This document shows, piece after piece, positions 17,451 to 29,193 of a stretch of 63,870 bases of DNA. The notes under the pieces are model-generated. The model had not been told where the DNA came from and did no database searches. It saw only the letters and a list, made by a program, of their open reading frames with translations. How positions within the stretch are numbered: the first letter of the stretch is position 1; each line of letters begins with the position of its first letter. The position numbers and the translations under genes are program-made. The stretch is from Candidatus Moraniibacteriota bacterium (GTDB lineage Bacteria > Patescibacteriota > Minisyncoccia > Moranbacterales > UBA2206). The stretch is from assembly GCA_026396175.1 (NCBI GenBank), contig JAPLXG010000014.1:1-63870 (forward strand), in the 5' to 3' direction.

Positions 17451-19296
17451 TATTTTCTGAAACATATTTGAAAATCTCAATATAATTTTTTGGCCGATCG
17501 CCAATATCCATTTCCCAAACCGGCTTATCATCTTTGTATAAAAATCTATCATTAATCACATCCCACATTTCGTGATACATAATTGTTCCCCGTCGAGTTT
17601 TGATAAAATAATCTGGAATGACATCATTCTTTTGAAATTTAAATTTTTCATCACTTTTTCCCATAATACACTTTCCCCTAAGAAACGGGCAATACCCATT
17701 ATAGTCAGTCCAGATAAGTAGATTTTGAGCATTTGGTAAGCTATTTAGAAATTCCGCTGCCTCATAACCTCCATAGCCCCAAGCATCCGTAATAATCCGA
17801 CTTTGAGGAAGTAAATCGTTGGTATAGTTAAAATAGAAAGGCTTAATCTCCCACAGACTCCAAAAACTGATTAGTAAAATTGCTACCGTGATCAAAGCTT
17901 TGCCAATTTTTTCCAACCACTTCAAAGAAAACAACTCCCAAATTCCAATGCTTGCAAGCACTAAAACTAGTGGGTAAAGCATTATACTGTAACGAATAGT
18001 CACAAGCAAGACCTGAAGAACCACCGCTAAATAAAAGGCGGAGAAAAAAAATAACAGCAAAAAAACTACTTGCGAATAAACAGTTCTTCTGACTATTGAT
18101 TTTCCTAGGATAAATAGAAAAGCAAGGAGTGTGAGCGGGGTAAGAGAAAAAAGTAAGGGCACAAACTCAAGGATAGTCTGCACAAAAGGTGCCTGCTCAC
18201 GAAATGCCACTCCCTTTTCCATGTCAAAAGGAACTTTCCGGATAATAAACTCGCCATATTTTGTGCCAGACGTCCAATGATAGAGCACAAAAGCAAAAAG
18301 GAACAAAAATATCAAGGAAAAAATTCTAGGGGAAAGATCAGCCAAAAATTTTAACTTTTCCATAATCAAGGCTTGCGCCTTGCCTTGAGAAAAAATAATA
18401 TCCAAGAAAAATACCAATATTGCAAAACCGATCGCAATAAAAAGATATTGAAATCCATTGAGTTTTTCAAAAACTTGAAACATAAAAAGTGGCTTGACAA
18501 ATACGGCTGGAAGCAAAATTAAAAACAAAGCCAACGCTCCGAGGGTGACGCCCAGATAGGCTCCGAGCAGCTTGCCCACTTCTCGACCGGGCATATTTCT
18601 CCCCTGGGCGCGCGCGAAAAGCATCTCCGTCAAAACTATCACTAGAAAAAAAGGAGCAAGAATAATAGCGCTATATTTACTGAGTAGCGCGAAGCCCAAA
18701 AACAAAGCGGAGAAAAATAAATATTTTTTTTCTTTTGATTTGAGATGAGCTAGAAAAGCAAAAATTGCTCCCGCCGAAAAAGACCACAGCAAAGAGTCAG
18801 GATTGACGATTTGTGAGATACCCAAAAGGATCGGGGAGAGCAAGATGAAAATAGTTGACCAAAGCGCGATCCACTGATTTTCGGTAAATTTCCAAATAAA
18901 CCAAAATAATAAAAAACAAAAAAGTCCATTGAAAAGCAACAGCGGAAAACGAAATAAAAAATGCACCCGCTCAATCTCTTGCGGGCTATAGACACGCTCA
19001 AATGATTTTTTGGAAAATAGATTTTCTGCCGGGCTGTTCTTGAAAAAAAGTGCGCTCCCCGAAACATAGGCGAGTGCCACTCCCGGCTTATCATTGATGT
19101 ACGTTCCTTTCCAATCACCCTCCCCAATGGCTTCCCAATAGGCATGGATGCGACCATTTTCCGGATCTTCATACATCCAGTAGCGCTCATCCGCTGTTTC
19201 GAATTTCGTCAAATGATACAGCCCAAAAGAAAGATAGGCCACAAAAGCGATTGCTAGAAAAAAAGCTATTTGAATTTTATTAGTCATTTTTACCAT
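17443..19296 (-). CDS. GT-C fold membrane glycosyltransferase (GT39/ArnT-like), paralog 1
   Basis: 617 aa, collinear with the downstream paralog (FETADERYW, NDKPG, FRFPLL, WGYGGYEA). SD GGGGAGGG upstream. Confidence 0.8.
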   Translation of the reverse strand: MVKMTNKIQIAFFLAIAFVAYLSFGLYHLTKFETADERYWMYEDPENGRIHAYWEAIGEGDWKGTYINDKPGVALAYVSGSALFFKNSPAENLFSKKSFERVYSPQEIERVHFLFRFPLLLFNGLFCFLLFWFIWKFTENQWIALWSTIFILLSPILLGISQIVNPDSLLWSFSAGAIFAFLAHLKSKEKKYLFFSALFLGFALLSKYSAIILAPFFLVIVLTEMLFARAQGRNMPGREVGKLLGAYLGVTLGALALFLILLPAVFVKPLFMFQVFEKLNGFQYLFIAIGFAILVFFLDIIFSQGKAQALIMEKLKFLADLSPRIFSLIFLFLFAFVLYHWTSGTKYGEFIIRKVPFDMEKGVAFREQAPFVQTILEFVPLLFSLTPLTLLAFLFILGKSIVRRTVYSQVVFLLLFFFSAFYLAVVLQVLLVTIRYSIMLYPLVLVLASIGIWELFSLKWLEKIGKALITVAILLISFWSLWEIKPFYFNYTNDLLPQSRIITDAWGYGGYEAAEFLNSLPNAQNLLIWTDYNGYCPFLRGKCIMGKSDEKFKFQKNDVIPDYFIKTRRGTIMYHEMWDVINDRFLYKDDKPVWEMDIGDRPKNYIEIFKYVSENNE

Positions 19297-19460
19297 AGTT
19301 TAAGCCCTCCCCAAAAAACCAGTAACATTATTTGCATCATATAATATTTATCACCCGCCGTCCACTGGAGCGTTTTGCTCTATTTTATCTCCACTGCCAA
19401 ATAGTGTATACTAATCAATAGGCAAAAAATGGATTTCAAAAAAGTTAATCGCGCTATCTT

Positions 19461-20933
19461 ATGAAAAAAAGAAATATTTTTTTATCACTAGCCCTGATTG
19501 GGCTTGGTATTTTTGGAGGATTTTTCCTAAAGCAAAAATTTTTTCTTAAGGAAACCTCCATTGCGCTTCCCTTTCCGCCAAATCCCCCATTTGAAATGCC
19601 CGTTTTTTCTGATCTCGTTATTCCCCCAAAAAATTGCAACGTCCTGGACTTTGGAGCCAACAATGACGGAAAAGCACTCAACACCAAGTCATTTAATGCT
19701 GCGATTACTGAATGTGCCAATGCCGGCGGTGGCCACGTGATCGTTCCGGCGGGAATATGGCTCACGGGAGCAATCCAGCTCAAAAGCAATATTGATCTGC
19801 ATTTGGAAAAAGATGCTACGATTCTTTTTAGTAAAAATCCCCAGGATTACCTGCCGATAGTCTTTACTCGTTTTGAGGGAATCGAACTGATGAATTATTC
19901 TTCTTTTATCTACGCTAATGATTGCGAAAATATTTCCATCAGTGGCGAAGGAGCGCTAGACGGTCAGGGCGACTCTTGGCTCAAGTGGAAAGACATCCAG
20001 AAAGGTGACTCGCAAAAACTCTACCAAATGGCGAATGATAATGTGCCACCTGAGGAAAGAATCTTTGGAAAACCTGGCGACGCTCTTCGGCCATTTTTCG
20101 TGGAATTTGTTAATTGTAAAAATGTTCAATTGCTTGATTTTACGCTCAAAAATAGCCCGATGTGGTCAATTCATCCGCTTTACAGTGAAAATGTGCTTAT
20201 CCGCGGCATCAAAATCGACACGACCGGCCACAATACGGACGGCATCGTCATTGATTCTTCGAAATATATATTGATTGATAGTGTTGATTTGAAAACTGGC
20301 GACGATTCAATTTCCATAAAGTCAGGTCTCGACAAGGATGGCTGGAGAGTTAATCGGCCAGCGGAAAATATCGTTATCAAAAATTCTCGCATGGAGCTGG
20401 GTCATTCCAGTATCACTGTGGGTAGCGAAATGTCCGGCGGAGTTAGAAATATCTACATCCAAAATTGCTCTTTTGAGGGTTCCGGACAAGGAGTGCGCAT
20501 AAAATCAATGCTTGGGCGTGGAGGTTATGTCGAAAATATTTGGGCGAGAGATTTGCAGATGGATAATATCGAGAACGCTGCTTTGCAATTTGATATGACC
20601 TACGATTCATCTACTAACATCCCAACAACGAATACGCCGCCGAAGATTGATAATATCAACATTGATACTATCAGGGTATCTGGAAATCCACCAAAATATT
20701 TAGTAAAAATCGATGGACTTTCCGAGCAGCCGATGGAAAACATTCGATTGTCCAATGTCACTGCTAAGTCGGAGAAAGGTATCGTAATCGGTAATGCACA
20801 GCAAATCAATTTAGAAAATATTTCCTTCTCTGCTAAAAAGAAACCCTATTTCCAATTCACTAACGCGAAAGGATTAAATTTATATAATGCTACTTGCAAA
20901 AAAACTGACACGAATTGTGTAGAAATAAATTAA
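19461..20933 (+). CDS. Glycoside hydrolase family 28 (polygalacturonase-like beta-helix), secreted or anchored
   Basis: 490 aa with an N-terminal hydrophobic signal. GH28 motifs: NTDGI, GDDSISIKS, GHSSITVGSE, RIKS. Confidence 0.85.
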   Translation: MKKRNIFLSLALIGLGIFGGFFLKQKFFLKETSIALPFPPNPPFEMPVFSDLVIPPKNCNVLDFGANNDGKALNTKSFNAAITECANAGGGHVIVPAGIWLTGAIQLKSNIDLHLEKDATILFSKNPQDYLPIVFTRFEGIELMNYSSFIYANDCENISISGEGALDGQGDSWLKWKDIQKGDSQKLYQMANDNVPPEERIFGKPGDALRPFFVEFVNCKNVQLLDFTLKNSPMWSIHPLYSENVLIRGIKIDTTGHNTDGIVIDSSKYILIDSVDLKTGDDSISIKSGLDKDGWRVNRPAENIVIKNSRMELGHSSITVGSEMSGGVRNIYIQNCSFEGSGQGVRIKSMLGRGGYVENIWARDLQMDNIENAALQFDMTYDSSTNIPTTNTPPKIDNINIDTIRVSGNPPKYLVKIDGLSEQPMENIRLSNVTAKSEKGIVIGNAQQINLENISFSAKKKPYFQFTNAKGLNLYNATCKKTDTNCVEIN

Positions 20934-20981
20934 AAAAGGAGCGAAAATTCCCTCCTCTTCTAGCTTGTTTTTTAATTATAT

Positions 20982-21126
20982 GACTTACGCCTACCCCAAA
21001 AACAATCTTTAAAGCGCAGGGTCTTCCAGCGTTTGTTTTTGTTTATTCTAACCCCCTGCAATTATTGAGGTTTTTTAGATTAATCTTGGCTATAGAAAAG
21101 CTTATTTTTGGGTTAGGCGTAAGTCC
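20982..21126. mobile_element. MITE-like element, family E
   Basis: TIR GACTTACGCCTACCCCAAAAA / TTTTTGGGTTAGGCGTAAGTC. Confidence 0.8.
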
Positions 21127-21141
21127 TGAAATGCTAGAAAC

Positions 21142-22822
<1,681 letters not shown>

Positions 22823-22839
22823 TTACACGCCACAAAGAT

Positions 22840-24738
22840 ATGAAAGACCATATTGCTATTTTGGATTTTGGTTCGCAGTATATGCACCTGATTGCAAGGA
22901 ATATCCGCGAGATGAATGTGCTGGCGAAAATCTATCCGCATGACGTAACGGCCAAGGAATTGAAAAACGCCAGCGGAATTATTTTTTCCGGCGGTCCCCA
23001 GTCGGTCTATGACAAAAATTCTTTGACGGTTGATCCAAAAATTTTGAAATTAGGCGTTCCTATTTTGGGACTTTGCTATGGTCATCAATTGCTGGCACAT
23101 CTCTTGGGCGGGAGAGTCAAGCCGGGACACGTCCGCGAATATGGACGCGCCAAACTCGCGCTTAAAGAAAAATCGGCGCTTTTTGCTGGTGTTAAGAAAA
23201 CTACAGAAGTCTGGATGAGTCACGGCGACTCAGTCGCCAAAGTTCCCAAGAATTTTTCAATTTCCGCCTCGACCCAGGATTGTCCGATAACGGCAATGGC
23301 GGATGAGAAAAAGCAGATCTATGGTGTGCAGTTCCATCCCGAAGTTGATCATACTCACGAAGGCCGGAAAATGCTAGAAAATTTTGTTTTGAAAATCGCT
23401 GCGTCCCAAAAAAATTGGGAGATTAAAGATTTGGTCGCGCATCTCGTCGAGAAGATAAAAAAACAAGTGGGCAAGAAAAAAGTTTTGGTTTTGGTGAGTG
23501 GTGGCGTAGACTCTAATGTCGTTTTTGCCCTACTCACAAAAGCCCTGGGAAAAGCGCGCGTGAAAGGACTTTATATCGACACGGGTTTTATGCGCCAGAA
23601 CGAATCACAAGAAATTGTCAGAAATTTCCAAAAAATCGGTTTTGATAATTTAGAAGTGATTGATGCGAGCACTACTTTTTTCGAAAATCTAAAAGGTGTC
23701 TATGAACCAGAAGCAAAAAGAAAAATCATCGGCCAAACTTTCCTAGACGTCAAAGACACTGTAAGCAAAAAGCTAAAGCTCAACGAAAAAGAATGGCTCT
23801 TGGGTCAAGGCACAATCTATCCTGACATCATTGAATCGGGCGGAACTAAAAATGCTGACAAAATCAAAACCCATCACAACCGCGTCGACGCCATTCAAAA
23901 AATGATTGACTTGGGACTAGTTGTGGAACCCTTGGTTGATTTCTATAAATATGAGGTACGCCAAATCGGCCGACTTTTGAAACTTCCCAAAAATCTGATC
24001 AAGAGACATCCCTTTCCCGGACCGGGATTGGCTATTCGTGTTTTGTGTTTGAAATCAATCGACAATACAAAGACGAGTCCGCCAGCTAGCGGACTCGTCT
24101 CTACGGAAAATAAAATTAAAAAATTCTACCAAAAAAATTATCCCGGAATTAATTCGGCTCTTTTGCCCATCCGTTCGGTCGGCGTGCAAGGCGACAACCG
24201 CACCTATGCCCATCCGCTTGCTATTTGGAAAGAAAGCGCTTGCCCCCTCACCAATAATTCTAAGGCTTTGAATAGCCCAATTAGTTTCGATATTGGTGTA
24301 GGGGCATGGAAAAAGCTAGATCAAATCTCTTCTAATACAACAAACTCGATCCGAGAAATTAATCGTGTCGTTTTGCTCCTCAATCCTTCCAAGAAAGCCG
24401 ATTTTCAACTTGTCCCAAAAGGCGCCTACCTCACAAAAGAACGCATTGAAACGCTCCGCGAAATTGACGCGATTGTCACTAAAAATATTCAAGAGACTAA
24501 ATTATATGACCAGATTTGGCAATTCCCTGTCGTCCTCATTCCCATCACTGACAAAACCGGTAAAGAATCAATCGTCCTGCGACCAGTCAACACCCGCGAT
24601 GCAATGACGCTGAATTTCTACCAAATGGAAAAAGCAATCCTCAAAAAAATGACCACAGACATTTTAGCCACCGGGCGTATTTCCTATGTCTTTTATGACC
24701 TAACTAATAAACCACCGGGAACGACGGAGTGGGAATAG
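22840..24738 (+). CDS. guaA: GMP synthase (glutamine-hydrolysing), long form
   Basis: GATase (GLCYGHQ, HPE), ATP-PPase SGGVDS and a C-terminal ..PPGTTEWE. 632 aa, including in-frame palindromic inserts. Confidence 0.95.
   Translation: MKDHIAILDFGSQYMHLIARNIREMNVLAKIYPHDVTAKELKNASGIIFSGGPQSVYDKNSLTVDPKILKLGVPILGLCYGHQLLAHLLGGRVKPGHVREYGRAKLALKEKSALFAGVKKTTEVWMSHGDSVAKVPKNFSISASTQDCPITAMADEKKQIYGVQFHPEVDHTHEGRKMLENFVLKIAASQKNWEIKDLVAHLVEKIKKQVGKKKVLVLVSGGVDSNVVFALLTKALGKARVKGLYIDTGFMRQNESQEIVRNFQKIGFDNLEVIDASTTFFENLKGVYEPEAKRKIIGQTFLDVKDTVSKKLKLNEKEWLLGQGTIYPDIIESGGTKNADKIKTHHNRVDAIQKMIDLGLVVEPLVDFYKYEVRQIGRLLKLPKNLIKRHPFPGPGLAIRVLCLKSIDNTKTSPPASGLVSTENKIKKFYQKNYPGINSALLPIRSVGVQGDNRTYAHPLAIWKESACPLTNNSKALNSPISFDIGVGAWKKLDQISSNTTNSIREINRVVLLLNPSKKADFQLVPKGAYLTKERIETLREIDAIVTKNIQETKLYDQIWQFPVVLIPITDKTGKESIVLRPVNTRDAMTLNFYQMEKAILKKMTTDILATGRISYVFYDLTNKPPGTTEWE
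24071..24100. repeat. 30-nt palindrome inserted in frame in guaA
   Basis: AGACGAGTCCGC-CAGCTA-GCGGACTCGTCT with 12-bp perfect arms. Encodes KTSPPASGLVS. Confidence 0.85.
24241..24306. repeat. 66-nt inverted-repeat element inserted in frame in guaA
   Basis: Arms TGCCCCCTCACCAATA / TATTGGTGTAGGGGCA. 66 nt equals 22 codons. Confidence 0.7.
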
Positions 24739-24794
24739 ATTTTTAACCTTAACACACACAGGACTTGCACATTTGCCAAAAAATAACAAACTTG

Positions 24795-24939
24795 TGTCAT
24801 CCTGAGCGAAGCGAAGCGAAGTCGAAGGATCTGCTTCGCATTATCGTAAGCCTTACTATTAAATATAAAGCTCTAGGTTATGGTTAGCAGATCCTTCGAC
24901 TGCGTCCCGATTGCTATCGGGACTCCGCTCAGGATGACA
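24795..24939. mobile_element. MITE-like element, family A (inverted relative to the other two copies)
   Basis: TGTCATCCTGAGCG..CGCTCAGGATGACA. Confidence 0.85.
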
Positions 24940-24979
24940 TTTAATTTAAATGCATAAATCCTAAATATAACGAAAATTT

Positions 24980-26428
24980 ATGCCAGAAAATATCTTAAAA
25001 AAAGTCCAAAAGGAAGTCGGTGCAAAAATCGATATTTTCACTGATTCCAATACCGCTCATAGTCGATATGAAGTGAATAAAAAAAACTATCGCACTGTGC
25101 TCATCAAAAATATTCCTTTCATTTTCACTTGTGATGAAAAAGATAAATTAGTCATTCTTAAAAATCATTCTATTGCAATCAGGGACGATCTCATCACGCA
25201 AGTCGAACCGTTGGAAAAAATCAAAGCACAGAAATTCAACCTCATCTATGACGCCGGAAAACGTGGCGGAACAGTGGTCACGCCGGGACTAATCAATACT
25301 CACGCGCACATCCATATGTATCTTTTGCGCAGCGCGATGACCTTGGATGAAGAAAAAAGCGTCGATGAAACCATTTCCAATATGGCGGCTTGGCAGAAAT
25401 TCGAAACGGAAGAATCACTGTTTTATGCCTCCGTCGGCGATCTGACCGAACAACAAAAAAACGGCATCACCACAACGCTCACCCACGGACCAAGCTTTGA
25501 GTCCGGCGAAATCGCCGCGAAAATCACGAGGCATAATCTCTTGAACGCCGTGAGCGCTGTCAGTAATTCTCGCCCGAGCAATTCGCCGGAAATGGTAGAA
25601 AAACTACTCCAAAAGAAAAACCAATTCTACTCCACCCCCGCCATCTCGCTCCATTATCTCTATAAAACTCCTTTTGCTACTCTGCGCAAAGTCAAAAAAA
25701 TTATTGATGCCTATCAAACACTACTCACTGTCCATTTGGCGGAAAGTCAAAATGTGGCAGAAAGCACTTTGCGCACGCACGGAATGAGCGAAGTGGAAGT
25801 TTTGAAAAAATTCAAACTTCTAAATTCTCACACCATTGCTTCGCATGCGATCTACATCAAACCAAAAGAAATTATTGAGCTGGCGGAAAACCAAGTGGGG
25901 ATTGTTCATCTCCCCACCTCCAACACGCTCCACAAAAGCGGCGTGTTTCCTTTTTGGCAATTCAATGATGCTAATGGCTATAAAAATATTTCGCTCGGCA
26001 CTGACAGCGTCGTGAGCAAAAATCAACTCGACCTGCTCACTGAAGCCTATCAGGCTCGTATTACTCACTTATACTCACGCACAATTAAATATGGCACGCT
26101 ATTTAAAATGATGACCGCTAACGGCGCACGCGTCCTCAATCTCCCCGACCGCGGAAAAATTCTCCCCGGAATGAAAGCGGATATTGTCTTTTGGAAACTG
26201 CGTGATCGTGGCTTTGTCCCCTATGATGAAAATAATCCCGCCACGCTCATCGGCAACCTCATCACGCACGGCGGAAGGATGGTGCGTGACCTGATGATCA
26301 ACGGAAAAATCATCGTCAAAGACCGCCGGCATCAATTTGTCAACGAAACCAAACTACTCGATGTTTTGCAAAAAAAGCATATGGAAATGCGGGGGAGGAA
26401 AGAAAAAAGAGTTGATTTTCACACATAG
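24980..26428 (+). CDS. Amidohydrolase-superfamily deaminase/chlorohydrolase-like protein
   Basis: 482 aa. Metal ligand motifs INTHAHIHM, HLAES, HAIY and GTDS are typical of the MtaD/SsnA/guanine-deaminase group. Subfamily not resolved. Confidence 0.8.
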   Translation: MPENILKKVQKEVGAKIDIFTDSNTAHSRYEVNKKNYRTVLIKNIPFIFTCDEKDKLVILKNHSIAIRDDLITQVEPLEKIKAQKFNLIYDAGKRGGTVVTPGLINTHAHIHMYLLRSAMTLDEEKSVDETISNMAAWQKFETEESLFYASVGDLTEQQKNGITTTLTHGPSFESGEIAAKITRHNLLNAVSAVSNSRPSNSPEMVEKLLQKKNQFYSTPAISLHYLYKTPFATLRKVKKIIDAYQTLLTVHLAESQNVAESTLRTHGMSEVEVLKKFKLLNSHTIASHAIYIKPKEIIELAENQVGIVHLPTSNTLHKSGVFPFWQFNDANGYKNISLGTDSVVSKNQLDLLTEAYQARITHLYSRTIKYGTLFKMMTANGARVLNLPDRGKILPGMKADIVFWKLRDRGFVPYDENNPATLIGNLITHGGRMVRDLMINGKIIVKDRRHQFVNETKLLDVLQKKHMEMRGRKEKRVDFHT

Positions 26429-26806
26429 CAGGAACGGGTTTGCAACCCGTTTCGCATAGTTTGCTAATTCATACAATTGCGGACAGTAACATGAAAAACT
26501 TGGTCTGCAATATTATTAAGCTTATAAAATAAAAGGACCCCCGCCACGGCGGGGCTCCTGCAAAGATCTAAAAAAATGGCCTTCCGATTGCCATAATGGA
26601 GCCAATCGGAAGGCTAGGTGATTCTTCTGTTACCAATGCTTTGGATAACTCGAAAGTTGATTGGTAGGCGCATTGGCCCTAGAGTTACGCGTCTGCATCA
26701 CCAACAGACACCGCTAGATTTCTTTCCAACCAGCGTAATCGAGTACTGGTATGTTATCCAAACATAGACACGTTGTCAAGCGTTTATTTCGGAAAACAAA
26801 GGAAAA

Positions 26807-28999
26807 CTATTTCGAAACCCGCAAACTGTTGAGGACTACTGAAACAGAACTAAAAGACATTGCCGCGGCGGCGATGGCGGGCGTCAAAAACCCAAGCATC
26901 GCAAGTGGGATGGCAATGATGTTATAGAAAAAAGCCCAAAATAAATTTTGTCTGATAGCGCGGAAAGTTTTTCTCGAAATCAAAATCGCTTCCACCACTT
27001 TTTTGAGATTATTCTCCAGCATCACGATCTGACCGGCTTCTTTGGCGATATCCATCGCACTGCCCATCGCGATGCCCAGATCGGCTGCAATGAGACTCGG
27101 CGCGTCATTGATTCCGTCACCGATAAAAATAACTTTTTCGCCTTGTACTTGAAATCGCCTGATGGCTTCTAATTTTTCATGCGGCAAAACATCCGCGATA
27201 ATATTTTCAATGCCCAGCTCTTTCGCCACCGCTTGCGCCACAACCAAGCGATCACCAGAAATTATTCCCACTTTTAGATGCATTTTTTTTAGCGTGGCCA
27301 CGACTTCTTTAGCCTCATCGCGAATTTCGTCTTCGATCAAAAACGCTCCCAGAATAGCGCCACCTCGCGCTACAAAGAGCAGGGCGCCCGCTTGATTTTT
27401 TGGATCTGTTTCTGTTTCCGAAATCCATTCGCCGGCCAAATTATTTTCTGCCATAATTTTTGCATTTCCCAAAAAGATTGCCCTTCCCGCGTCATCTGTT
27501 CCGGAAAGTCCCCTGCCTTTATACTCCGTAGTATTTCCCACTTCTTTTTTATCCGTAGTCACATTCAAACTATTAGCATAAGCCACGATTGCTTTAGAAT
27601 AGGGATGCTCGGAGTTCAGTGCCAGATTATAGGCAAGACTAAGCAAATCAGCTTCGCTATCACCAACTTGGGAATTTTTCAATATTTCTTTTACCACCGG
27701 TTTGCCCTTGGTGAGCGTTCCGGTCTTGTCAAAAATAACCATCGAGATATCTTTTATCCGCTCAAAACCTTCCCCGCTTTTGAAGAGAATCCCTTGTTTT
27801 GCTCCACGCCCTGCCCCCACCATAATGGCGGTTGGTGTGGCCAGTCCAAGCGCGCAAGGACAAGCAATGACGAGAACTGAAACAGCATAGATGATCGCCC
27901 TTGTTATATCCTGCGCAAAAAATGACCAACCCAAAAGAGTCAAGAGAGCCAGCAGAAGAACTACCGGCACAAAAATTCGAGCTGTTTTATCAGCCAATCT
28001 TTGAATCGGCGACTTAGAATTTTGCGCCTCCTCAACTGTTCGGATAATTTGCGCCAAAGCCGTTCCTTCTCCAGTCTGAGCCACACGCACCTTAAGAATC
28101 CCATCCTCATTGAGCATCGCGCCAAAAACATAATCCCCCACTTTTTTCTCCACCAAAAGCGACTCACCCGTCAGCATTGACTCATCAACCGCCGAACGTC
28201 CTTCTAGAATATACCCGTCCAAGGGAATTTTTTCGCCCGGTCGCACCACAACCACATCTCCAATTTTAAGCTCAGCAATTTCCACTTCTTTTTCTTCGCC
28301 GCTGACCAGGATGCGTGCGCGCTTGGCTCCCATTTCCATCAATTTTCGCATCGCTTCACCAGTTTTTTGCACGCTAATGTCTTCAAAATATTTTCCCAAC
28401 AGAATAAAAATAATAATCACCGCCGCTGTTTCGAAATATTCTTTTTGGCCGTGAAAAACCGCCCAGAGACTGAAAAAATAGGCTACTAGTGTTCCCATGG
28501 AAATCAATGTATCCATATTGGCTTCCCGCTTTTTCGCTTGGAGATAGGCCATCCGGTGAAAAGGTCCGCCCAAGATGAATACTACAATGGTAGCTAGGAA
28601 AATATGTGCCCACATGACAAAATCTATCCCCAAAATCATAACCCCGGATTTAAGATCAAAAAACATTCCGAGCAGAATCGGAAAGGAAAAAATCACCGCC
28701 AAAACAAGGCGCACCTTCACATTGCCAAAAAGTTCATTTTTATATTGGGCATATTTATTGACCACTTGATATTTGCAAGCAGGATCTCCGCCAATGCCAT
28801 AGCCATTGGAAAGAATAATTTTTTTCACATCCTTCTCACTGAGTATTTCGTCGTCATATTCCACGAGCGCTTTTTTGGTCGCGAAATTAATCGAGGCTTT
28901 TTTGATTCCCAGAGCCTTAGAAAGCGCCCGCTCATTGCTCGCGCTACAACTGGCACAAGTCATTCCGGTTATTTCGAAGATGATTTTTTTTGTTGGCAT
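26807..28999 (-). CDS. copA: Copper-translocating P1B-type ATPase
   Basis: 730 aa. N-terminal HMA (GMTCASC), CPC ([11 protein letters not shown]), DKTGTLT and GDGINDAP. Confidence 0.95.
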   Translation of the reverse strand: MPTKKIIFEITGMTCASCSASNERALSKALGIKKASINFATKKALVEYDDEILSEKDVKKIILSNGYGIGGDPACKYQVVNKYAQYKNELFGNVKVRLVLAVIFSFPILLGMFFDLKSGVMILGIDFVMWAHIFLATIVVFILGGPFHRMAYLQAKKREANMDTLISMGTLVAYFFSLWAVFHGQKEYFETAAVIIIFILLGKYFEDISVQKTGEAMRKLMEMGAKRARILVSGEEKEVEIAELKIGDVVVVRPGEKIPLDGYILEGRSAVDESMLTGESLLVEKKVGDYVFGAMLNEDGILKVRVAQTGEGTALAQIIRTVEEAQNSKSPIQRLADKTARIFVPVVLLLALLTLLGWSFFAQDITRAIIYAVSVLVIACPCALGLATPTAIMVGAGRGAKQGILFKSGEGFERIKDISMVIFDKTGTLTKGKPVVKEILKNSQVGDSEADLLSLAYNLALNSEHPYSKAIVAYANSLNVTTDKKEVGNTTEYKGRGLSGTDDAGRAIFLGNAKIMAENNLAGEWISETETDPKNQAGALLFVARGGAILGAFLIEDEIRDEAKEVVATLKKMHLKVGIISGDRLVVAQAVAKELGIENIIADVLPHEKLEAIRRFQVQGEKVIFIGDGINDAPSLIAADLGIAMGSAMDIAKEAGQIVMLENNLKKVVEAILISRKTFRAIRQNLFWAFFYNIIAIPLAMLGFLTPAIAAAAMSFSSVSVVLNSLRVSK

Positions 29000-29020
29000 A
29001 TGTTTTAAGTTAAGAAATTT

Positions 29021-29190
29021 TTTATTTATATCCCCTTCTCCATTAGGGAGAAGGTGGCCGAAGGCCGGATGAGGGAGGAGCCTTTCTGTTAATAACGGGT
29101 TAGCTTTGTTTAGATTATTCTTAATGCATAGCCCTTGCCCTCACCTGTCATGAGTACATGACATCCTCTCCCTAAGGGCGAGGAGGAATA
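29021..29190. mobile_element. MITE-like element, family B (CCCCTTCTCCATTAGGGAGAAGG ... CCTCTCCCTAAGGG.GAGGAGG)
   Basis: Near-identical to 34062 and 41546. Lies between two genes of the cop operon. Confidence 0.85.
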
Positions 29191-29193
29191 TAC

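Noticed and set aside
26429-26806. Possible ncRNA in the 378-bp convergent gap between the amidohydrolase gene and copA. It contains a 12-bp stem (GCCTTCCGATTG/CAATCGGAAGGC) and other hairpins.
   Set aside because: The hairpins are adequately explained as terminators for the two convergent genes plus repeat fragments (a CCCCGCCACGGCGGGG hairpin like that of family C). I could not match any RNA family or find a promoter.
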